A DNA stretch of 51,004 nt from Catajapyx aquilonaris (lineage: Eukaryota), in contig JYFJ02002779.1 in assembly GCA_000934665.2 (NCBI GenBank), positions 1 to 51,004 of the forward strand. Reading direction: 5' to 3'. A program made the position numbers and the translations under genes. The notes under the pieces are model-generated. The model saw nothing but the letters and a program-made list of their open reading frames with translations, searched no databases and had not been told where the DNA came from. This document shows positions 11,430 to 21,811 of this stretch, in pieces; position 1 is the first letter of the stretch, and each line of letters starts with the position of its first letter.

Positions 11430-13246
11430 TTATGGGATGGTTGCTTTTTTGATCGGTGTCTGTGCTGGTGTAAGTGACGTATTCGTTGAGTTGGTGGTTT
11501 TGCTGGGAAAGATGGTGAAAGTTGGTCTGTTGGTTGTAGACAACTCCGTGGGAGTCGTGTATCCATTTATACAACGTGGAACGTTCATTACGTCATCGCA
11601 TTCCTCTATGGCATCATTGAACACCAAGCCATCGGGGCATGTATGGACTTCAGGCACGCTAATATTAGAGTGGCACACAAAATATTTCGAGCAATTATCC
11701 ACGTTCCTCGATAGGTTTCCTTTAATGTAGCTGCAATATTTTTGGCAGGACGGAACATCTTCAATATTTTGGCACACATCCGAGATGTTTTCGGCATTGA
11801 AAGCGTAACCATCATCGCAAGGAAAGACATACGACACCTCTAATGAGGCGGAGCAAGCATATCCTACTGTTGGGCATACATTTTTGTCTGGATAGACTTG
11901 CCAACCTTCTTCAAAACAGCGCCAACCAGAATCTGCCAATTGAATTTTGCAAGCATCGTCCGGCGGTGTTTGTGTCATGTTTAGGTCCACACATGATCCG
12001 TTATTTCTAGCACTTGTAGGAATAAAAAACTGACCAGTGCCGCAGCTTCTCATGGCTGGCAAAATCATTTCTGGGTACTTATCGGAAAAGTCGCACGAAC
12101 CATATTGCAAACAATCACCAGATATATCAAGTTTGCTGTCCAGTGATGGACAGTTTGTGGAAAAAATGGGCGCTTCACATTCTTTTGGATTAGCAGGCAT
12201 CGGCCTATCACACGTCTGAGTTCCAGGGTTGTACGCTTTGCCATTGTCACATCCTGTGAGAAAATCGTGCAGATCATTGTCACATATGTGGTACACTGTA
12301 CAGTCGTTTGGATCTGGAAATATACCCGCCTCGCCACACTGGAAGGGTACGCAGCTCGGAACATCTTCTGTACATTGCTGTGGAGTCGTGAAATTGTTGC
12401 AGAATTTATCACCTGGACAAGAACCGTAATACCAAATGTCAGTTACGGGGCTGCAGAATGTATAAATGGTGCAATTGAGGCACAGAGATTGTAGTCCTAG
12501 AGAAGTGTTGCACTCTACTTCCTTCTTGTTAGAGATGACTTTGAAGTACCTGCTTGGGTTTGCGTCAGGCTGACATCGCTCCTACAAATAGTGCATGAAG
12601 GGTAAGAATGATTGTAATTGCAACTATCTATTATCAGGTGTACGTAGCCTAATATGCAATACAGGCCTATCACCGAGTTATTAAATATATATAATTATTA
12701 GTGATCCATGGTCTTTTTCGATAGCAAATACAGGGTACAGTATAAGCTAGAATGTGCAACAAAGACCTACCATTGGATCCTCAGGATGACATGTGTTCAG
12801 CCTGGGATCAAAAATATCTCCTCCGAAGCATGTGCGTAGCTCAAGTTCTGGTTTTCCCATTCTGTCTGCGCACTTGTAGAATTGGTGACAGTCATCTGGA
12901 TGAGGGTACACCTTTCCCAGTTCACATCCATCAGCAGTTTCCTCCCACTTGTCGTGCCGTATGCTGCAGAGTGACATTTTCAGTTAACGAACTACGTAGG
13001 CCCCTACGTCGAAAATATTATTGTCGAAATTGTCGAAAAGTTCGACAAAATTATTCCGGGCAGTATAAATTGTAACCGAATAAAGAGGAATAAATATTTT
13101 TAACTTACTCTTCACTATTAACACAAGAAACCGACATGGCCACCAGTACCTACAATAGAAAAAGCTCCACTATTGCTTGGCCAAAATATGAGAAAAAAAT
13201 GTTTCATTACCAGCATAATAACAATGTCAAAAACTGTCTCTCCCAT
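11430..13246 (-). CDS. Secreted peritrophin-like multi-CBM14 protein copy 2 (~473 aa, intact)
   Basis: Exons 13246-13211, 13149-13109, 12963-12771, 12581-11430, all GT-AG, phases 0/2/0, open frame. Signal peptide MGETVFDIVIMLVLVAMSVSCVNS, CBM14 repeats and a Thr-rich tail. Confidence 0.9.
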
Positions 13247-14733
13247 TTTGATGTAACTCTTGATTCGCAGCAAAACTTAGACTTCACCTTGTATATCAGA
13301 AAGCGACACTAAGGTCTCTGAATAATATAGCCCACGAGATAAAATGAAATCAGTTAACTCAATTTGCACTTCGGACGAAGGAAAAACGACATTAAAAATG
13401 AAGTGCTGCCCTATACGAGATATGGGCATAATAATCGATTATCTGAATCAATCGGTTGTGTATCCTACATGATGGTCAACAAATTAATAAGGAAAAGTGA
13501 AAGTTCATCTCCAACATGAAGAAATACCTTTGGCAAAGGTGTTACTTCATATTGGAGATGAACTTCCACTTTTCCTTGTTCGATCTTCCTTGTGCCAGTA
13601 ATTATCTTGATACACAATCTCAACCGATAATTGAATTAGACGCACAAGGAAGTTCACGACTATATATTGATAACTCTAATAATTTTCTACTGATTCAAGT
13701 ATCTCCCCTCCCCCTCCCTCTAATTCAGTTTCTTCCATTCGTCAAACGTGATAAATGTGCCGCAGATTTAAAATGTTAAACCTCGCCTTCAATTACTAAA
13801 AGTTAATAATTGATTATACCACAAACTATCTGGCAGGTAATAAGGAAGAATACTTATCTTCTTCCTTTCCATGTGGAGTATTACCCGTCTGTCATAGATA
13901 TTAAAACTATACCTTTAATATCTATGCCGTCTGTACAGTATTCCACTCTCTGATCAGCCCATTCATTTATAAAAGATTTCGTTACCCTCCTTGTGATTGA
14001 GTATTACCGCCAAGAGGTGGAATCTTTTCGGCAATGTCATAATGAGGTCAAGTGCAAACTATGATGCAACGTGCCCAAACGTGTACCTAATAAATTACAC
14101 CTGAATTTAAATGGTGAATGCAGCCAATCGTGATGCTTCTCGGGCATGTAATGCATGTATTTTCACGATGGCTTAAACAGTGATCTTTTTGAGATCATAC
14201 CTTGATTACAGTACGTATACTATTCTTGGGTCCTTCACATAAATTTTGAGATATTCGCACACCATATCGCATAACAAATACTACCCGTAAATAGTGGACT
14301 ATAACATTATTGTGCATCATGAGACAATATATTTCTGTGAAATTTGTTGACTAATAATAAGTAATAGGATCGATTTAATATTGGTAGTGTCAGTCATAAT
14401 GTGAGACGAATAGAACAATATGTTCAAAAAATAAGGTCATAAATTTTTATTTCCACTTATACAGTACAATCCAGTCATATCGTTTTATACATAAAATATA
14501 TATTAGTGTGTTCTCAGCGAATCAGCAGACTGTATTTTTATCATCACTATACTACCGTATTACTATCATTAAAATTATTAACCATGAGGACTAAAAGACC
14601 TAATTTCCACATCATATATCAGGAGATTACAAGAGTCGACAAAATATTTTACCCGCTGCAGAACGCCCATTCTTTTAATCATAATAATTTTTCCCGTTCG
14701 TTAATGTACATTTTGTATTGCTGCAATTCTGTG

Positions 14734-16387
14734 CTATGGTGTACACACACTTGTGGGGAAGGCAGTGGTGGTGGATTCAGGGGAATGTGGCTGTGTACTT
14801 GGTGCATAAGTCGTGCGTCCATCCTCACATCGTGGTACATTTGTAACGTCATCACACAGCCCAGTGGCGTCATTGAACACTAATCCACCGGGACAGGTCC
14901 TGACTTCGGGTAAGCTGGTAGGAAATTCGCAAACAAAATATTCCGTGCAATTATCTACGTTTCTCGTTTTGTATGGCCGACTGTTGTTGCAATACTTTGG
15001 ACAAATCTGGTTGAAATTCAAGCACGTTTTGGAGTCATCTTCATCAAAAGCGTAACCATCTTGGCAACGGTAAACGCTGATTATTTCTAACCTCTCCGAG
15101 CAGGCATATCCTACTGTTGGGCACACATTTTTGTCTGGATATACTTGCCAACCTTGTGCAAAACATCGCCATCCGGCATCAGCCAATTGGATTTTACAAG
15201 CACCGTCCGGCGGTGTTTGCGAAACGTTTAGGCCTACACACGACCCATTGTTGGCAATACCTGGATGAAAAAACTCGCCAATGTTACAACTTCTCATGAC
15301 AGGTACAACAGTTTGAGTGAAATATCTGGACGGTTCGCATGTAAAATACTGCAAACAGTTGCCAGGTATACCACCCTTTGCCTGTAAATCTGATGATGAA
15401 GAGCAGCCTACAGTTGTCCTTTTACATGTGACTTCATCTGGCAATACAGCGTCACACACCTGAGTACCAGGATTGTACGCTTTGCCATTGTCACATTTAA
15501 GTGGAAGATCATTCAAAAAAACATCGCATATGTGGTACACTCTACAATCATGTGGATCTGGAAATATGCCCACTTCGCCACACTGATATGGTACACAGCT
15601 AGGAACATCTATCTCACATTTTTGAGGATTAGCGGAATTGTCGCAAAGTTTTCCGCTCGGGCACGAGTCATAGCTCCAAGTGTCAGTCACGGGGTTGCAA
15701 AATTTAAAGTTGGTGCAATTGAGACACATCGATTGTATTCCTAAAGAAGTGTTGCATTCTTCATCCGTCAAGCCAGACATCACACTTAGGTATAGGCTCG
15801 GGTTTGGGTCAGGCTGACATGGCCTCTACAATGAGCGCAAACGTTTAAAAATTAAAATTACACTTCATGTTCAATATTAACCATCTCAATATACTGCAAG
15901 AGAATAAAATTTTAGGGATGCAAAAATCGTATACCTTTGGATCCTGTGGATAACATAGCTTCAACTCGGAATTGAAGACATCTTCGAGGCATGTACGTAG
16001 CTCAAGCTCTGCCTTTTCAGATATATTTACGCACTTGTAGAATTGGTGACAGTCTTCTGGATGAGGGTACACCTTTCCCAATTCACATCCATCACCTGCT
16101 TTCTCCCAGCTCATACCAGTTCTGCGGAGTGTAGCATTTTAATAAAAATACTTAACTATTAAAACCAGTGAAATACAGTATAATGATTGTAGCAGTTTGA
16201 TGCAGAGCAAATTTGAATACATCTATGCTTCGCTTGTCATTAAAAACTTACGCTTCACTGTGATTACTGGTGAGGCACGTGATCGCCAACACCTGCGGTA
16301 GACAAGGATCCTAAATTGTATGATCACATTATGATAAAGTGTATTATTATTTACCACTATTAATGAGTTGATCATTCTCTGTCCCAT
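14734..16387 (-). CDS. Secreted peritrophin-like multi-CBM14 protein copy 3 (~450 aa, intact)
   Basis: Exons 16387-16355, 16292-16252, 16121-15935, 15825-14734. Signal peptide MGQRMINSLIVVLAITCLTS. Motifs PHPEDCHQFYKC and CPGGLVFNDATGLCD. Confidence 0.9.
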
Positions 16388-16737
16388 TCTTGATGCAGCT
16401 CTTTCCTCAAAGCAACACTTCTGCCTCCTCTCGTTAATATCCTAGAGCAACTCTTAAGTTTTAGGCTGCCGATAACGTTGACAGCGAGATAAAATAGGCC
16501 TAATCAATTAATTTGATATGTTGTTGGGACGCATCAACAGGAAAACGCTTTTTAACAATAATTATCAATGTCTGTAGGGTGAAATCATCATGTGTCACGA
16601 ATTCAGATTTAGAAGATAGGCTACTGAAATTTCATACATTTTTTGTTATTTATTCGGAGTTACATTGTTGATTATGTTGACGTCAATAGTCTATTAGGTT
16701 TATTTCCGCGTTGATTGGCTTAATGGCGTGATGGTAT

Positions 16738-18409
16738 TCACTGGAGTGGTGGAAAATTATGGAAGCTTGGGTGTGTGGTGGTGGGCGAGGTGGGCGGGGA
16801 GGTGGGTGAGGTGGCAGGGGAGCTGGGTATTTCTTGGGTCGTTGTTGTGTGTTCATTTACACATCGTGGAACATTAATTAGGTCATCACATTCTTCCTTT
16901 GCATCATTAAATACCTGGCCATTTGGACAAGTACGGACCTCGGGCAAGCTGGTTGGAAATTTGCATACAAAATATTCCGTGCAAACGTCTACATTCCTCG
17001 ATTTGTATGACTTAATGTAACTGCAATATTGTTTGCAAGATGGGACATTTGCAAATTTGTCGCATTTCGAGGGATCTTGGTCATGCACAGCATAACCGTC
17101 AGAGCAGATTGAAACATTTACCAAATGCAACTCGTAGGAGCATCTATAGCCTACTGTTCTACTTATATTTGAATCTCCGTAAGCTTGCCAAGCGTCACGT
17201 GTCAAACAGTGACATCCAGAATCGGCCATTTTTACTCTACACGCATTGTCGCTTAAAGGTGCAACGTGTAAGTCCGTACACGAGTTATATCCGGAACTAT
17301 CGTCAGGAAAATATGTGCCAAATTGACAACTTCTCATGATTGGTATTAAGGCTTTCGGATAGTGCGTAGAAGTTTCACATTTGACATAATGCAAGCAATC
17401 GCCAGTTACATCGGGCGTTCAAAAAGGGACAGTTTGTAAGAATGGACTTCATCGGGCAACACCCCGTCACACTGCTGAGTTCCTGCGTTGTACGATTTTC
17501 CATTGTCACATGGTAAGTGATTATAATGCAGGTCGTCGTCGCATACGTAGTACGAACTGCAGTCATATGATGGGTCGGGAAACACACCCACTTCGCCACA
17601 CTGGAAGGGTATGCATCTCTGGACATTACCTGCAGGCACGCATCTCTGGGGATCAGAAGTATTGTCGCAAAGCTTGTCACTTGGGCATGAACCGTAAGTC
17701 CAAGTGTCAGTTACGGGATTGCAGTATTTTAAACTGGTGCAATTGAGACACGCAGATTGTAATCCCGCAGAAAAATCGCACTCTTCATCCGTGATGTCAG
17801 CCGAGTACAGGCTTGGGTTTGGCTCAGAATGACATGCCTCCTAAAATTGCACAAAAGCAAAATATGCAACAATAAATTATAATAATTGTATGACCGGCAT
17901 TTACAATTGCTAGAGTATTATTAACCTTGCTGGTCAGTGCAAAAACATACCTTTGGATCTTCAGGTTGGCATATATTCAATTTGGGATTGAAAATATGTC
18001 CCTCTAAGCATGTACGCAGCTCGAGTTCTGGTTTTCCATTTCTTTCTAGGCACTTGTAGAATTGGTGACAGTCATTTGGTTGCGGGTACACTTTTCCCAG
18101 TTCACACCAGTCAACAACTTTCTCCCAGTCTACACCAGGTTTGCTATAGCAGAGTAATATGTTCAAAGTGAGGGAAATATTAATTCGTCCAGAGCTGCGA
18201 TTGAAACGCACAACAAATATACAGACAAACATGAAATGTTTGGTTAATTAAATTTAGAACTTACCTTCCAGTTTGCGCACATATAACGCTCACGATCACC
18301 AGTACCTGTAGTAGAGAGAAATCACGGAGAATGTTTGGCGTAATTTTGACGAATAAAATGTAACTATCATTACCAGCACAAAATCCGAGAAGAAATATTT
18401 GCCTCCCAT
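16738..18409 (-). pseudogene. Peritrophin-like multi-CBM14 gene copy 4 (probable pseudogene)
   Basis: Exons 18409-18374, 18305-18265, 18143-17951, 17840-16738. A deletion/frameshift at ~17410-17445 gives a stop at 17406. A conserved Cys is lost (SNISRTVGY versus KNVCPTVGY). Confidence 0.8.
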
Positions 18410-18886
18410 GCTGAATCGGCTATTTTCACAGAGGCGAAGCTTCTACCAAGACTTTACAAGATTCAGAGCCATGTTCTTCAGATACAGAGTCCGATATGAG
18501 ATTAAAATAATCAGTTCACTGCAGTTCACGGTGACATAAAAACACACATGGCGTATCAATATTAATCGGGCCGTTATTTCACGTTTCTGCTTATTAGGGT
18601 ATATCACACTTATTCACAATACAGTTATACGCAAACAACGTGGAATAATGGCCTGTATCACATACTGAGCTTTGATATTTATGCCAAGTTCACACTTGCA
18701 GTTTCAAATGTGGTTGTAAATGCCATATCTGGCAGTATAGAATCTCTGTCACTTTATTTTACTAGGAGAGTACATTTTGGTATTTCATCATTATTTAATA
18801 GTGTCTGCAAAACTGGAAATATAAAAAAGGCCTGTTGCAGTGTCCTATTGAAGTGGTATGGTCTTCACTATGGTGGTGCATAATAA

Positions 18887-19076
18887 GCCTTCCTGTCGTG
18901 CAGCTTTTTCCCGTGCAACATTTTTCGGGCCCGACCGGTGCGTATTTTTGGGACCGCACAGGATTTTCCCGCCCAACCGGTGCACATTCGCATGGACCGC
19001 CGCGCATTCTGCGCGGAAAGCGCCCAAGATTTGAGCGTACAATTATTTTCCTTTTTGAGCGCCATAGGTGCGGGGT
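18887..19076. mobile_element. GC-rich inserted fragment (MITE-like) in the 3' end of copy 5
   Basis: Abrupt GC/CpG-rich ~190-bp segment starting taa|gccttcctgtcgtgcagc. It is absent from paralog tails and supplies the last codons and stop of copy 5. Confidence 0.45.
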
Positions 19077-21044
19077 TTGAGGGTCGATGTAGTCGTTTTC
19101 ATTGTTGTAGTGTATTCATTTACACACGGTGGAACATTCCTTACGTCATCACATTCGCCTATGGCATCATTGAACACTAGGTTTGGGGGGCACGTCTTGA
19201 CTTCAGGTAGACTGTCAGGAAATTCGCAGAAAAAGTACTTCGAACAATCATCTGGGTTTCGCGACTTGTACGGACGGCCATTATCACAATACCGTTGGCA
19301 AGCCTTGATTTCTCCATATTTTCTGCACAATGCGTCCAATGCGTCAAACGCGTAACCATTCGGGCAAATTAAGATAAAGATCACCTCTAACGTATTGGAG
19401 CAGACATAACCGGTTGTTGGGCATGCATCTGGGTCTGGGTAAGTTTGCCAACTATTTTCTTTCAAGCATCGCGATCCAGAATCAAACATTTGTATTTCAC
19501 AAGAAATGTCTCGTACTGCTTGTGCACCAACGTAGACGCACGACCCATTGTTTCCCTTGTCTCCTGGAAGGAAAAACTCACCACTTTTGCAACTTCTTAT
19601 GACTGGTACAACGACTTGTGGGAACTGCCGAGAAGGTTCACAAGAGGCATAATGCAAACAATCGCCAATTACAGGCAAGGATACGTTCAATGAAGGACAC
19701 CTTGCAACAATTGGTTCTTTACAAAAGACTTCGTATGGCAATGGTAAATCACATGTTTCAGTTCCGGGATTGTATGCCTTACCATTGTCACATTTTTGGG
19801 GGAAATCATTCAGATTTCCATCGCAAATGTGGGACACTCTACAATCATATGGATCGGGAAATATCCCCGGTTCGCCACACTGGAAGGGCAGACATCTCCG
19901 GACATTTCCTGCTGGCACACACACTTGGGGAGATGCAGAATTGTCGCAATACTTTCCATGCGGACACGAGCCGTAAGTCCAAGTATCGGTAACGGGACTG
20001 CAATATTTTGAAATCGTGCAATTGAGACACTCAGATTGCAATCCCGCTGAAGGATCGCATTCTTCATCCGTCATGTCAGAGATCACTCGGAAGTGCACGC
20101 TCGGATCAGGATCAGGCTGACAGGATTCCTAAAAAAATGTAAATTATTGTCCATTGCCCCAAAAACTCATTACATTAAACGTGAACGAGCAGAAGACCAA
20201 GAAGAAAATGTGAGCATATATGTAATATGGCTACTTGATACCCGTATATCTTTCACCTTTCTCATTCCATCATAACTAAAAATATTAGTGCCCTAAGTGC
20301 ATATTAGTCCATGAGTCCTACAGATTCCTACTCTCACCTGTCATCTGTTTTCTTCTGTCCGTATCATTATGGAACACTCTGGGTGTGTCAAAAAACATAC
20401 CTTTACATTCTCTGGATAACATAAATTCAATTGTGAATTGAAAACATCTCCTTCGAGGCATCTACGTAGCTCAAGTTCCGGTTTTCCACTTCTATTTGTG
20501 CACTTGTAGAATTGGTGACAGTCTTCTGGGTGAGAGTATAACTTTCCCAATTCACATAAATCACCGGCAACTTTCTCCCGGTTCACCGAGGTTCTGCAGA
20601 GAGTCGCATTTGTAATTAAGCATTAGCAAAAATACGGTATAGGAGCGTTTTTGAGGGAACTTAATTTTTTGTTGTGAAATGAGGCGTTAATCTGGAAAAA
20701 CACGAACTACGGCACTTGCGCAAAGGTTTGTCCATACTCAACATAATTGCAATGTAATTGTGGACATTACGGCCATAGAAATGTGTCCGATTTTCACGCG
20801 ATTTCTGCAGCCATGTTATTCAAATGGACGTTTCGAAAGCGTCGTTTTCCACTCACTTCAACTGGTCGTAAACATAATCTTATTATTAATATAATTCTCT
20901 CTCAAACTTACGCTACACTCTGAGCGCAGAAAAGCCATATTCCTGCCAGCACCTGTAACAGAAAATGCTCCAAAATTGTTTGATGAAACTGTGACAAAAT
21001 GTAATAATTACCACGATGTATGAGTTGATAATATATCTGCCCAT
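19043..21044 (-). CDS. Secreted peritrophin-like multi-CBM14 protein copy 5 (~450 aa, intact)
   Basis: Exons 21044-21012, 20952-20912, 20593-20401, 20128-19043. Signal peptide MGRYIINSYIVVLAGIWLFCAQS and CBM14 repeats. Confidence 0.9.
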
Positions 21045-21811
21045 TCTTGATAGAACTCTATCCTCAAGTCTCTACGTCTAATTCTCCTTGCTTTATGACC
21101 GAGCACAACTCTAGCTTATGTTGTGTCGATAACGTGTGACAGATGAGATAACAAGCAGCAAGAAGTGGGAAGCAAAAATGACAGCAAATATAAATTTTAC
21201 AGGTTCTTTAAAGAAATCGTGAATACAATTAAAGAAAAAAATATAGAGTGGCTTTGCTGCCAACTTATTTTCAAACAGTTAGAACTATACAGTATGCAGC
21301 CAATACTGTATATTACTAATTTAACGAGAGTGGTCACATATTGCATAACTTTGATGGTACGGTATTTCATCACATCTCTTATGTCGTCGTTCAGTATTTT
21401 TCTACAACAGGAATAACGGTATCTCCAAATGCGCAATATCAATTGAAGATAAAACGAGGTATGTACTGGTCGCGATATAACCTTGAAACAGCCTAATAAT
21501 AGCGACAGCAGCTCTATACTTTTGACTCGTAAGCTACTATGGCGGGTTCTGTGTTAAGATGAACACAAGATTTCCAAAAGAGGATGTTTCTAACGAGTGT
21601 CACGTCAGAGATGTTCCCAAAATTAATGAAATAGTTCGGGAGGTATTCTTCTCATGGGTGGCCTTGACCCTCAATTCTCCTAGAAATAAGCGCTATTACA
21701 CAGATAATGCATCAGAGGTGATATGAACCAATATCGCACACTGGATGTGCAGCATCTATCCCTCACCTGTTCTCATCTTAAATAATAATCATTAGTGTTG
21801 CAGAAAGCAAG

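Noticed and set aside
8068..20067. Many 60-186 aa antisense or alternate-frame ORFs overlapping the CBM14 exons
   Set aside because: Shadows of the real coding exons; they recur only because the genes are duplicated.
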